Positions 26,326 to 39,824 of a stretch of DNA of 64,000 nt are shown one piece after another. Numbering within the stretch: position 1 is the first letter of the stretch; every line of letters starts with the position of its first letter. A program made the translations under genes and the position numbers. The notes under the pieces were generated by a model. The model made no database searches. It was not told the origin of the DNA and worked only from the letters and a program-made list of their open reading frames with translations. Source of the DNA: Pseudogymnoascus verrucosus (Eukaryota); NCBI GenBank assembly GCA_001662655.1, contig KV460216.1; one strand, given 5' to 3'.

Positions 26326-29300
26326 ATGGGGATGGCGGATACTTCTCTTCGCGATGAGGCTTCGGCAAGGTTAGAGAACTCTACTGCGGGCAGAGAAGAC
26401 TCCGATACGAAGCCGGCATGGAAGTCCATGTTTGCGTTTGCGGTGCGGGGCCACCTCGCCGTCATGATCCCTGCGTGGATCTCCTCCATGACCGCGGGAG
26501 TAATCAAGCCATCTATGGCGATTTTTATGGGATTTATTTTCGACGATATAGCAGAGTATGTGGCTGGATCAACGAACTATTCATCAATGATAAGACGTAT
26601 CTCAAAATGGTGTATTGTCCTCACAGGTCTGGGGGTGGGCTCTTGCCTTGCCAACGCCGGGTTCTTTGGATTGTGGTTGATATTTGGAGAGTCACAAGCA
26701 AATCAGGCGAGACAGAAACTGTTCACAGGATTGCTGAAGAGAGAAATGGAGTGGTACGACCTTCGTAAAGACGGAATATCACCCGTTCTTATTAGAATAC
26801 AAACGTAAGTCGGTATTGGGCGAAGATGACTTGATCTGCTGACACTTTTAACAGACAAGTTAGAGAGCTACAAATGGCGACATCCCAACCGATGGGGTTC
26901 TTCGTAAAGGATGTTGCAGCGGCTGTCATGGCCATTGGCATAGCATTTTATTACTCGTGGAAGTTAACTCTTGTCCTTTCACTGAGCGTCCCGACAGCGT
27001 CACTTGTTCTGTGGCTCATATCACGTCGACTCCAACCAGCGATCGAGGCCCAAAGGCGAGAACTAAACATAGCCTCAAAATATACCAACACAGCCTTCCA
27101 TGCAATCGACACTGTGAAAGTGTTCAACGGACAGAACCACGAGATACGGCAATACGCTTCTGCAATCAACGCCGCCGGCTTGTCATATATGATCCAAGGG
27201 CAGGTCAGAGCTTCACAGATGGGCACTGCCCGCTTTCTTGTGGTGGTCATGTTTATGGCTGGATTCTGGTATGGTCTCAAGTTGCACAAGGACGGTGAAC
27301 TCACACCGGGCGACGTGATCACGACGTTTTACTCGTTCTTGATGGCGAACCAGGCTGTGACGTCGCTCTTGGCGCAATATGTGATATTATGCAAGGGCAA
27401 ATATGCGGGGGCGACACTGGGGAGGATTATTGGAGAATTGAACAATACGTTGCCGCTCTCGAAAGTTGCTGGATCTCGGACATTGGAGGTCTGTGATGGG
27501 GATATCGAGGTCACGAATGTAGGTGATAAACTCGTTCGATATTGTAGGCATCGCTAATTATAACAGCTCACATTCTCATATCCATCGAATCCAACGCAGT
27601 CTTCGCTTATCGGCGTCGACTTATTCTTCCCTGCTGGAGAAACAACATTTTTGTTTGGTCGAAGTGGATCTGGCAAGAGCACATTAACGAACTTATTACT
27701 TCGGTTGTATGATACCACATCAGGCACGATCTCAATCGATGGCTGTCCAATCGAAACCCTGGATGTTAACTGGCTTCGAAATAATGTAACTCTAGTGCAG
27801 CAGCAGAGTGTCTTGTTCGACGATACTCTGTGGAACAATGTTGCCTTTGGTTGCAGCGACGGGAAGCAACCAACAGAGGAAGATATCCACGTGGCATGCG
27901 AGATGGCTATGCTCACCGAGGTTATTCACGACTTACCCCATGGACTTAACACTGTAATTGGAACAGGGGGCGCTGCCATGAGTGGGGGACAGAAGCAAAG
28001 AGTTGCAATCGCTCGCGCACGACTACGAGACACTCCGATTCTGATTTTGGACGAAGCAACAAATGCGCTAGACCACGTGAATAAAACCCTCGTTATGGAC
28101 GCAATTCGAGAGTGGAGAAAGGATAAGACTACTATAATAATCACCCACGATTCATCACAGATCCAAGACATGGACTTTGTTTACGTTATCGACCACGGGA
28201 AAGTTGTCGAAGAAGGCTACCGGCAATTGCTCGCTCAGAATCCTTTTGGCAATTTCGCATCTCTGGCAGATATCAAGAGCGACAAGGAATATATGGAGGA
28301 GAAACGTGGTCAAGTGTCATCCATTCATCAAAACAGGAGCTCAACACAACCGCATACTAGTACGGAGATGATCAATAATATGCGTGTAGCCTCTGCCAAC
28401 CCTTACGCAAACGGCCCCTTTGGGGAAGGCAGCTCAGAAACCTCGGAACCCTTGACAAAGTTGCAACGCCTGTCTACTTTTCTGGCCTATAATCCGGGTT
28501 CAAGCCAGCAAGCTCATCACTACAATAATAGAACATCTCTCAGTATGGCGACGGTGTATGCAAATACTATCCATACTAATGACACTTCAGATAACCGGAT
28601 CTCCTGGCCACTCCGCTCCCAAGAACCTTTGCCCAACCCGCCTGAGCCGAGTTACAGGAGATCCCATAATCGGTTAAGCCAATATCCGCCGAAGAACTTC
28701 AGCTATAATGGGTTGGCGGCTCACAGCCATAAAGAAATGATGTATCGGGTTGACACAAGAGAAACAGATGACTTGGATGCGAGGATTGCGGAATCAGAGT
28801 TGAATCTCGAGTATATTAACTTGGTGAGGGGTAGTACCATACAAGTCTCGGCAGAAAAGACCAAAATGGTCTCCAGGCGTCCTGGACCAGCTACCCTGAA
28901 AACGATTCTGGGTACTATTTGGCCAAGTCTTACCCGGAGAGAACGGCTGGTATTGATACTTGGGTTTGTCAGTGCCTTCGTCTATGCCGCGTGCACGCCT
29001 GTATTTTCTTATGTACTTGCAAAGCTCTTCAATACCTTCTATGAGACTAAGAACCAAGGGCTAGAAGCGCGTAAATGGGCACTGTCGCTCCTCTTCATCG
29101 CAGTAGCAGACGGCGCATCCAGCTATACCTTCTACTACTCTCTTGATTGCTGTGCCAGAGCCTGGGTTGACTCCCTTCGAAAGGAAGCGCTCACACGGAT
29201 CCTGGACCAACCTCGCGCATGGTTTGATGAGGCCGAGAACTCGCTGTCCATCCTCAACGAGAGCCTTGATCGCAGTGGAGAAGAAATGCGCAACCTCCTC

Positions 29301-30668
29301 GGTCGCTTTGCTGGATACACATTCGCTGCAGCCTGCATGATTAGCATCGGCGTCGTCTGGGCATTCATTATGTGCTGGAAGCTCACAGCTGTCAGTCTAG
29401 CTAGTGTCCCGATTATCTACGCCATAACCCGCGGATTTGAGGTTGTATCTGGAAACCTTGAACGCAAGAGTGACGCAAAGTCCAATGCTATTGGCGAAGT
29501 CTTTTCCGAGACTTTCATCAACATCCGCATCGTCAGGGCGCTCACACTAGAATCCCACTTCCAGCGCAAGAACTCCATTGCTGTTCAAGAAGCATTCCGC
29601 ATCGGCCTCCGCCGCGGCACCTTCTGCGGTCTATTCTTCGGAATGTCCCAATCAACAACCTTCTTCCTCACAGCCCTCATCCTCTTCTACGGCGCCGTCC
29701 TCGTCGGCACCCGCGCCGCCAGTTTCTACGACGTCGTAGCCTGCATAACCCTCCTCCTCTTCAGCATCGGCAACGCAAACGACACCCTCGCCGTCATCCC
29801 CCAAATCGCCAGCGCCCGCGCCGGCGCAACCCGTATGCTTCGCCTCTCCTCTCTCCCGCCCGGTGAATCCTCACGGCTTCTCCACCAACGCACTCTTCTC
29901 ACCCCTCTCCCCATCCGCATGACCAACCTCTCCTTTGCCTACCCCTCACAACCACAAACCCCAATCCTACAAAACCTCTCACTTACCCTAAAGGCCGGAA
30001 CCAGCACTGCCCTAGTCGGATCCTCCGGGTCAGGCAAAACAACACTCACCTCTCTCCTCCTGGGCCTATACACCCCAACCTCCAATCTCTCATCCCTAAC
30101 ATTCGCGCACCACCCCCTCTCCAACCTCGCCCTCCCCGACCTCCGCGCCCACATGGCACTCGTCCCCCAATTCCCCACTCTCTTCCCCGCCTCCCTCGCG
30201 CAAAACATCCTCTACGGCCTCTCACCGAGCAGTCCTCTCACAAGCCTCGCGAACATTGAACGCGCAGTCTCTGCAGCGGGGCTAAATGATTTCGTGGCGC
30301 GGTTACCAGATGGGCTAGAGACGCAAATTGGGGAGGGGGGAAGGGCGTTGTCAGGGGGTGAAACGGTGAGGGTCGCGATTGCGAGGGCGTTGGTTAGGAG
30401 GCCGAAGGTGTTGGTTATGGATGAGCCGACGGCGGGGTTGGATGGGGAGGGAGTGGAGAAGGTAGGGGAGGTGTTAGAGAGGTTGGGGGATGGGGTGGCG
30501 GTGGTGCTTGTTACGCATGATGTGAGGATGATGAGGAGGGCGGGGTGGGTGGTTGTTGTTGAGGGGGGGAGGGCGGTGGAGCAGGGACGGTGGGAGGATT
30601 TGAGGTGGGCGGGAGGGGCGATGGAGAGGCTTGTTGGAGGAGGGGAGTTGGGGGGAGTGAAGGAGTAG
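26326..30668 (+). CDS. STE6: Full-length ABCB transporter, STE6/HST6-like peptide-pheromone exporter
   Basis: TMD-NBD-TMD-NBD layout with GRSGSGKST, MSGGQKQRVAIARA, ILDEAT, GSSGSGKTT, LSGGETVR, VMDEPT. Also RELQMATSQP and EEMRNLLGRF. Introns near 26805 and 27520. Confidence 0.85.
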
Positions 30669-30789
30669 GAGGAAGTTGAAGATAGGGTGGCGATTTAATA
30701 TGGGAGGGAGTTTGGGGGATTGGTGTTATTGCATTTGGCTAATTTACCACGTTCACCTTGGCTATGATAATGTTTTTTATTATTATTTA

Positions 30790-31790
30790 ACGTATTTCAC
30801 ATGCGAGTTGCCTACCCAAGCGAGTTGCCCACCAAAACACCAAAACGCGTTAACTTAACTACAGTCAACGATGCCACAACCAACGCAAGCCCAATACTCT
30901 AATAAAGAGGATAAAATACTACAAGCTATCTAGGCAATTAAAAATGGGCATTTAAAGAGTGTCTAACAAGCTGCAGAATCGTTTGATGTAACACGTAGGA
31001 CCCTAGGCAACAGAATGAATGGAATGCCTTCTCGACGCGACTGTACCCCTAACTCACGCAAGTTAACTCTGTACGAAGAGTCAGCTCTCGTTTAGTATAT
31101 CCTTAACCTAGATTCGCGTGGATTTCTACCCTAGCTGCAAGCTATATAAGAAATAGCAGACCTAGTACTCTCTAAACGAGGCAAGAGCCCTATTAGGAAG
31201 AACTAGACTACTAACTTTATAAAGCGTTGTATAGAAATTAAATCAAAGTTTAATTAGAAGTACGATTATAAACGAGCAAAATGTAAAGATCTAAAGATAA
31301 TTAAAGGGTAGTTCTCCCTCATATAAAACATAGTTACAAAATATAGAATCTTAGAGTAGGACATCTATAACTTTAATAAAGCAGGTTTTGTAATAGGAGT
31401 TATTACTACTATAAAGGTAGTTATAAGCTTAGAAGCAAAGAGCTGTCTAAAGACTATATAGCTAGGGAATAGAGAGTAGGTGTTAATTATCTAAGGTGTT
31501 AATTTATATAGATAGGCACTCCTACCATTCATCATTTTTAAGGCGTAGAACTACCTCTCTACTTAGTATAAGGACTTAGGATTACTAGACGACTAGGTGA
31601 TTATGCTAAGTAAGAATAGGTAGACTTTAAATTTAATTAGGTACAAGTAGATTTAACACTTTAATTAACATACAAACAGTCGTTTAATTAGAACCTATTA
31701 CCTTCTTATTCTTAATAGACATAAGAGCTACCTCTCTACTTAATTTTAATACTACTATATAGAGTAGAAGATAATTACCCTCTATATACC
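30790..31790 (+). mobile_element. RIP-inactivated pogo/Fot1 (Tc1-mariner) transposon, 5' part
   Basis: TA|ACGT terminus with an internal GCGAGTTGCC direct repeat. From 30871 the decayed transposase reads AAESFDVTRRTL, PNSRKLTLYEESALV*YILNLDSRGF, DIYNFNKAGF and LLILNRHKSY. Many TAG/TAA stops and high TpA content. Confidence 0.92.
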
Positions 31791-32205
31791 CTACCCGTAG
31801 ATATTTTAGAGTACCCGGCGTATCCGGGTATATACCCGGGTATATGCCAAGAGTAGCCAAGCATCGCTAAGGCTTCATTTTACAGACGTCGTCTCAACGT
31901 TATGCTTAAACTATTGCCTTATAAGCATACTAATATCCTTAATATGTAGTTATTACCTATTACTTATTATATTTAGTAGTTCTAGTAGCCTCTATAGTCT
32001 TAGAACGAATATTTAGTAATAATAGTGATATTATTATAAAAAAGTATGATAGGTTATTACTACTAAAAGCTTCATTTTTATATGCTTTTATTCAGCCTCA
32101 TGTATCCGGGTATATACCCTACTCTACCCGTCAGATCTTCGCCGGGTATATACCCTACCCGTGGGCTTCACGGATACTACCCGGATACATATCCGCCGAA
32201 CACTG
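31785..32205 (+). mobile_element. Non-autonomous hAT-type element remnant (3' end)
   Basis: Subterminal CCGGGTATATACCC repeats and a terminus ...CCGCCGAACACTG (reverse complement CAGTGTT..). 31970-32056 reads YLVVLVASIVLERIFSNNSDIIIKKYDRL, resembling a RIPed hAT dimerisation motif. Confidence 0.7.
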
Positions 32206-32401
32206 TATTCGGTGGTTAATAACCACCGAATTAATTTTACATTACGAAAATCCAACTCGAGTCTCCTGCAAAAAGGCGATTTGAATGATTAATAATGCTC
32301 ATGGTTCTTTATAATACAAGTACACCGACTCTATGCGGCGTCTATTTCATGCCTCATAACCGCTATCAATACAATACAAATGCAGCTGCCTGGCGCTTCT
32401 A

Positions 32402-33935
32402 TTACTGAGGCACCTTAGACCAATCACGACACATCCCAAGCACCGTCCTACACAGCTTCCCCATCTCAACCGTCATATCCTTCTTGCGCCAGCTTCCCTG
32501 CGCACGATGCTGTAATCGCGCATCCGGATCCGTCAAGGGCTTCGAGCCCATATTGCCGTAAGACGAGCGGCCGGGACTGTTAAGGGTTAGCACGGTACTC
32601 CAACCATAGCGACCAAGGGAAAAAAATGGCGGAGAATAGGAACATACCTAAACCCCGTAATCGGGAAAATAATCGTATCCCCAACAGCCTTACTTCTTCC
32701 TCCATCCTTCAGCCCCGTGAGTGCCTCCCACCTCAACCCCGCATCATCCTCCAACTGCACCATCGCCGCCGTCGTAATCGCCTCTGGCCCCGTAAGTTTT
32801 AACGGGTCCTCCCTGGCCAAAACCCCCGCCTCCGCCGTCGCTGTCAAGTTCCCCCCAAACGGCGTCGCCAGCTGCGCGACGCGGGTCTTGAAATTCGCCA
32901 GGAAGCGATTGAGCACCGGGTGGTTCGGCGCAGCAGCCAGCGCCCACTGCGTGAGCTGGATAGGGAAGAAGTAGCCCATGCGCCAGTGGGTGTCGGTGTT
33001 GGGGTCGTTGTCGGCTTCGATGCCGAGGAGAAGGCGGGCGAGTTGGGGGGTGGATTTAGAGGAGTGCCCGGAGGCGGGGCTGTATTCGGTGTTGGACTGC
33101 GGGTCGGTCCAGGGGGTCATGTCGCGGTCTTCGAGCCAGGTGGCGGGGGAGCGGATGGGGTGGGTGTCGATGTCGCCGTACTGGTGGGGGATGGGTTAGC
33201 CTTGTCGGGGGATTGTGTGTTGATGAGGGGTTGTTTGGGGGAACTCACGATTCCGCCAATGCTGTTTGCGACCACAACTCTGAAGACGTCTGATCTCTCG
33301 ACTGGTAATGGTAGTGCATTCAGGGTATCCACGAGGTCCGGCGTCGCATCTGCAAAAAGTTGGTCGCAACCATCGTCCAGCCAGAGGAAGTACGCCATGC
33401 TCCCACTGCCCTCAGCCTTTGCGTATTCGAGCCAGCGCTCCACGCCCAGCACAAGGTCTGGCGCCCACTCATCAATCTTCGTATTCATCCATGTCTGGTG
33501 TACTATCAAGGGAATTTTGGAGTGAGGGATCGTGTGCTTGAGTTCGGTAGCGCGCTTGGACGCCAGCCGCGCGGCTTCGAGTATGGTGGTAGTTGGCGGA
33601 TCGGAGTCTTTTCGCCATTCGTCGGGAATATACCATACTGTAAGGCGCACATATGTTAGCCATGAACTCCATTCATTATCCCATAGCAATTGGGGTGGCA
33701 AATGAGGCCGGGATCCCCTATGAAGCGCAAAGGGGGCAAGGACGCGCGTACCTCCTCCTTTCCCACTGTTGCTGTTTTTCCATATATGTTCCCACGCAAG
33801 AGGGTATTTCTGTCGGATATACGCCTCATCGTACTTCGGCTTCGAGGCCTGGAGAAAGGGGCGACCGAGCCATAGGTGGAGGAAGACGAGCAGGAGACAG
33901 ACTGTGATGAGCTGCCTCCGGCGAAAGAGAGCCAT
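32402..33935 (-). CDS. GT32 (OCH1-like) alpha-mannosyltransferase
   Basis: N-terminal type II anchor, IPLIVHQTW, PLPVERSDVFR, GGI-YGDIDT (DXD), LLLGIEAD, QLTQWALAAAPNHP, LTGP; three introns. Confidence 0.9.
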
Positions 33936-34934
33936 GCAGGCGACTAGGACGTGGTTGCTGTGTTATGGGAAGATGTTACCGCATGTCGGGGCGCTGTAGA
34001 TTCGAGTCTCAGGGTAAAAGACGACGAGGTTATTAAAGGGACAGGGACAGATAATTAGAGTCTGTAGTAGTGATGCCGTCGAACGGGGGTGGCGGAGTAG
34101 TGGAGCGAGGACCCCAAATCACGCTAACTCGTGTGGAAGCATCATGTCCAGGTACATAGAAGCGTTAGCGGCATTAACGATTGCGCCTCAAAATATCACT
34201 TTTTTAACCCAATTCACAGCCAAGACTTCATAATCACGAGTTTAGAGCCGTAAATTCACATTATATAATAGAATGAAGTCCACTATCATTAAATGCATTT
34301 AGTTATAATAAAATTGAGAGTTATGGTTTAAAAAAGTGAATTTGGTACTAGGGGTTACAATAATCTTTACATAACTGTACCTGGCCTGGCGGCTATCAGG
34401 AACTTTTTTTCGTCTTTTCTCTCTGCATTTTGTGGGGTAAGACGCTAGTATCACGTGCCTCAATATCAACTGGCCGAATTGCACGTGACTAGTTATCATT
34501 TCCCTCCTCTTAAGCTTGTGGCTCGTATCAGAGTAAAGCCGCTCGGGTCTGTCTAAATTCTGTGGTACTGACAATATGAAAGTTGTATCAGGTTTGAGGG
34601 ATGGGTTTTAGATACCCAATCATGTATGAGGTCTTCCGTTTTACTTTCTCATCAAACATAAGTATCATATTGTGTTGAACCATCGAACCAGGCAAAAGTG
34701 GATCGCCCACACTTTGGCATGTCAAAGCTGGTCTATATTTTACAACATATCAGCACCGTAGCTTAATCATCAAATAGAGAAGAATACATGTATTCGCAAT
34801 ATCTCTCTCTGCTAGACTAAATTATTCCTAATCAAATAATCAATTCATCTCCGTGCCGCATGCGACCTCAATTCTCCAGACCGTAGCAGAGAGCACGATG
34901 TTGGATCGGTCCCTTGCCATGAACCCGACCGGCT

Positions 34935-35324
34935 CTAGAAGTTGGCGCAGACGCAATGGAAGGGCGAAGTGTAGTATCTACACACGGGGAATGGGTCGCA
35001 GCAATAATACCCTCTGCAGGGGTATCCGCACGTGTAGCATCCTGTCCCTTGTTAGCTGCAATCCAGAAACCCAGGAACCCAGGGCAGTATATGAGTAAAA
35101 TGGATAAGACGTACTATCGGCGATTACCTCATTGTCAGCTTTGGGGGTGGCGGCGGTGACCCTTGTGCCCTCGGCGACGGCAACCAATTCTGTCGAGTGT
35201 TAGCGGTGGATGGTGGAGGTGGAGGGGATGAGGTACCAGTAGCTGGCTTGGCCTCCGTGGCAGGGACGGCCAGAACCTGGGTGGTGGCTGCCAGGATGGC
35301 CACAAGGACGTATTGGAACTGCAT
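34935..35324 (-). CDS. Three-exon small secreted 8-Cys peptide (89 aa, knottin-like spacing)
   Basis: Exons 35324-35237, 35189-35115 and 35041-34935 total 270 nt, with canonical GT..CTAAC..CAG introns. Product MQFQYVLVAILAATTQVLAVPATEAKPATELVAVAEGTRVTAATPKADNEVIADRCYTCGYPCRGYYCCDPFPVCRYYTSPFHCVCANF. Confidence 0.85.
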
Positions 35325-37411
35325 GTTGGAGCAAAGTAACTAGACTGTCTCTGGGGATTGAAGATTGTAATGGATGTCAGGACAAGTGTTCGGTGAAAGA
35401 ACTGACCTTGAGAGAATCGGGGGGATGAGAGGGAGAAGGACGGTGCTTAAATAGACAGAACCGGAGTATATTAAGCCGATGAGCCTTGAGAATTATCACA
35501 TTGTCATAAGCCTCTGCCAACTTTTGCTCTTCTCTTTACTTCAACCATCCAAATGGCTTAGCGTTTCACAGCCTGACGAGCAAGAGCCAAACATCAATGC
35601 TGTAACCAGTTGTCATAGCTGAGATCCATGTTTTGTGTAAGTTGCCGATCCGTTCGTATTCCCAAACATATCCAATCACCTCTCCATCCCGCCCTCTTTC
35701 ACACGCCACGTTCTGAATCACATCCCCAGCTTGACTGTCGACGCGACGTCTCACAGAGCTTCTACTGAAGTTGTGGAAAAAAAAGGGGGTCAACACCTCC
35801 ATCTCTGAGGCTCTGCTACGTAACTCATGTCAAACCAACCTCTTAGATAAGAGACGCCCGTGGGGAGCTTAGGCGGTTGCACAGAGGGATTGCTGATCAC
35901 CACGATTTCGGATTCGATCAGCACAGTAGCCTGATGATTTGCTGGCAAGGCTCCTCAAGTCTGCCACCGAGTTAGTGAAGGCAACCAAATGATGATTTGA
36001 AGCAAAAATAGAAGTGAATCAAGGAAAACTGTCAGCTTTGAGAGAAGGATTAGGCCTGATCACTGACAGTACCAAGCAACTGGGCATCGATTTGGAGCAC
36101 AACCAAATATCAAGCCAAGGAGAGAACCGGGACAAGCATCGATCGGGCGTAAGCAGCCACCCTTCGCACCAGCACCGATCTAGATAACAGGCAATCAATC
36201 AAACTTTACTACATATTGACAAAAGGAAATATTCTTCTGATGAGATCCAGCTTCGCATCGATCTCAACCAAAAGCAGCCAGCTGAGACAGAGGCCTTGGC
36301 AGATCGAAATCAAATAACCCACCGCGCTCCAAACTCTGTCAAATAACCATCCTCCCAAGACCAAATGCACCGAGCAAAAGCCCAGCCCTATCAAAACCAG
36401 CACGCCAAGCACGACCGTTGAAATGCATCCACGTCTCCCACCCGGTCCAGCCCCCATCCAGCCACCGGAATCGGGACCCCCTCAAGCCATCCGCGCCTTG
36501 CCGAGCGGTCCACCAACCCAACCTACCTGTCCCATGGCCAGATCAGGCGCAACGTTTCCCCGTCCCCAGATAAGCATACAGATGCCCCTGACTCGATTGG
36601 CGGGGACGGAGGGGCGGGGCGGCTGAGTTGCTCTGCGACGAGATGGCGTGGGCTGGGCTGAGACTAGCGCTGTCAGGAGGGGCGGAGGGGGAGGTGAGTG
36701 CCGGCGGTGTGGGGTTGGGTGCCGAGATGGCAGTTGGAACCGGGGTGGTGGGGGTAAGACGGGGTAATTAGTAAGGGATAGTGGTGGTTCTGGGGGATGG
36801 TGATATGTTGTCCCGAGACATCATATCCAAGTCATAGTTATTTCTATTTTGGGGATGGGTAATGTGAATGAAAGTTCAGGTCAAATTAATAAACATTGTC
36901 CATTTCTGACATCGAGGTTCAAATACTATCTACAGGGGCGTATGTCTATACATAATGGTTGTTATAGAAGTAGGTTTAGAGATTAGTCATTGGTGTCACC
37001 AAGAACCCTCCCAAGTTCGCAAGATTTCTCGCCCATAGTTACTCTGGGACAGAGCAATATCTCCGGACCCCCGGGGTGGGGTAACTTACACCAGACATCT
37101 CGATTTATCACTTTTATCTTGCCCGTGGCTAGGCAGATACTCACTGCTATCTCGAACTCTTTGGAATATCTGTATGAGGAGCTTTTCTCCCAGGAGCTGG
37201 TTATAGGCAATCCGTCCATGCGTTACAAAGGACAGGCCGGTACTATAATGGCTATAAGCTCTTATCGTTAGCCTCGTCACCGATGTCACGCAGAACGTTC
37301 TCGATTACATCTCTTCCCCCTCGAGAAATGTACGTAATGATTCTAAAGGGTGAGTACTACTTGCATCGTCGATATCTACCTCGATTTAGACAAGAAAGGC
37401 TAAGGAGTCAA

Positions 37412-39245
37412 TTACCGAGATACACAACTTCATTTGCCCTGTTTGAGGGACTTTGGGAGGTACGACTTGCCTTATAGTCATGATAAAACTATCACGCTTA
37501 ATGCATTGAGAAGGCTGGTATAACGACCTGCTTCGTCAATGTCGGGTCTGATCACCCATCTATCATCGAGGCTATCGTCAAAGGCAAAAGAGAGCGCCAC
37601 AACCGTTGGCCCAAAATGATCACTTGTCCTTATGAAATTACTGCAATCTCGATGGCAGATGGTTATGCCCGAGTAACAGGACGTCCGCAAGCTATTCTCG
37701 TGCATGTTGATGTTAGCACCCAAGCTCTCGGCCAGGGTATCCATAATGCAAGCGTCGGTCGTGTGCTAATCTTCATCTTTGCAGGTTTGTGTCCATACAC
37801 CGAATCCGGCGAACTCCCTGGTTCTCGGACAGAATACATGCACTGACTACAAAAACCTCACGATCAAAAGGCCATCGTGCGGCAATATTGCAGGTACACT
37901 GGTGAAATTCGCACTGGGCTCAATGTCAAGCAAACGATTGGACGTGCTTTACAGTTTGTAAATTCTATGCCTAAAGGCCTCGTATATATTGCCAGTTTAT
38001 GAGAGGTTCTTGTAGAAGAGATCGAACAATACCCCTTGCATTAAGAGCAATGGGTTCCCATTGGTCCGGCAGCGCTTCTATCTGATGCTGTCTGGGATAT
38101 TTCTGCCGCACTCGTTGAAGGATGTTTGCTTCCCTTTCTCGCACATCGCCTCCGAGGGCTCTAGTTTCAGCACACACAAATGCACGAAAGACGCAGATAT
38201 GATCCTCCTTCTTGACTGTGACGTTCCGTGGATTCCGTCCCGTAACCCACCCCCCAAGAATGCTAAGATATATATCACATAGATAGCGATCCTCTGAACT
38301 AACAGACCTCAGTATCTTTTTTCCCCGCCCATGGCCGCTGGAAAGTGGACAGCTACACAGCCGTAACGCAGCTGGTTGATTATATCAAAAGTGATGTCTC
38401 GATTACTACCTCACTAAAAGACCCAAAGTATGAAGCTCGTGGTGTAGTGCGTGCCGCTGTACACAAAGCTCGTGTCGAAAAAATTGTGTCTCAACCTCGT
38501 TTGGATGATGGAGATGGACTAGATATACACAATGTCGGCAGTCTATTGAAAACATCGGTTGCGGACTCAACGACATTCGTCGTTGGAGCTGTCACTTTAG
38601 CAAAGGAACTCTACAATCAATTGCAACGTGATCGGCCAGGAAGCTGGATCAATTGCGGTGGAACGGGAATCGGATGGAGCAATGGTGCTATGCTAGGCGT
38701 GAAGATGGCGCTCGCGGACTTGGAGAGAGACGAACCCCACAGGTCGAGCTTAGTCTGCCAGGTAGTCGGCGATGAAAGCTTTATGTCTGCAGCGCCATCT
38801 AGTGCACTGTGGGTTGCGAGCAAGTACGAAATCCCAGTCTTGACTATTGTTTTGAATAATGGTGGTAAGCCGCTTGGCATCAACTGTACAAAAATCAACC
38901 TCACGTCCTTCGAGACCGTGAAATCTTATTAATGTGACCCTACTTATAGGTTGGAAAGCTCCCCAAAATTCCACCCAACTTGTCTACCCTCATGATCTCA
39001 ACACCAATGCGTCTGATGATGAGATCAACACCTCTTTCCACCCAACACCTAACTATGCTGCTTTGGAAGAGGCAGCAGCAGGGTCAAATGTTGGCTGGAA
39101 AAACACTCTAGATAACTCAGGAACATGGGTCAAGGGCCTACGAGTAGGGGCTGTGGGGGAGTTCAGAGAAGCGCTTCAGCCTGCGAATTTGAGGGTGGCG
39201 CAGGAGGGAAAGGGGATGCTGATTGAGGTTGAGGTGACAAAATAA
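37412..39245 (+). pseudogene. Thiamine-diphosphate enzyme (benzoylformate decarboxylase/acetolactate synthase-like) pseudogene
   Basis: CFVNVGSDHPSIIEA, EITAISMADGYARVTG, GSRTEYMH*, DCDVPWIP, GTGIGWSNGA, VGDESF..VLNNGG. No ATG found, TGA at 37844-37846, frameshifts, and an apparent internal deletion near 38120. Confidence 0.85.
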
Positions 39246-39824
39246 TTCCGAATAGTAACCTGACTTGAGTGGAAATCAGTAAACAACTAATGGGGCAATG
39301 GACATTGTTTCTCTTTGACTCTATTCTGTTGGTCTCGCCATTATGGTCTGACACATGTTTTGGCTCGCTCAAGATATGTCTTGCCCTAGTGATCCTTGTC
39401 CCCAATTGTAACAGCCTGGCTAGAAAATGCTTTATTCCGAAGTATGAGATTCGCACAGCTTGCTGATTGGCCCACCGGATCGCCCTGCTCGCCACCCATT
39501 GTGATAACTTTTGTGGTCGGATTGTTGGGCCAAACTGCCGTAATATCCCCCATCCAAATCTTCTGCTGCCTAGCAAGCTTCGGAGCTACGTCGTTTCGCT
39601 CGGATAACACTGCAATAACGAAGCACGTTATTGAGAACCAGCTGTTGGCCAGATGTCTGATAGACCAGTCCCATGGTTTTTGATCTTCTCCGCTGTGACC
39701 CTTTGCCCAGTTATTGCCGACGTTGTCTTTTGCAGGCTGCAAAGTAGCAACATAGACAATTCTGAATTAAGCAGGCTCGCTACCTAAATATTATGGTTGC
39801 GACTTCGATTGATGATTTCACAAC

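Noticed and set aside
35500..37400. Possible gene remnant (C-rich/G-rich block at 36300-36820)
   Set aside because: Frames are short and stop-interrupted, with no identifiable family.
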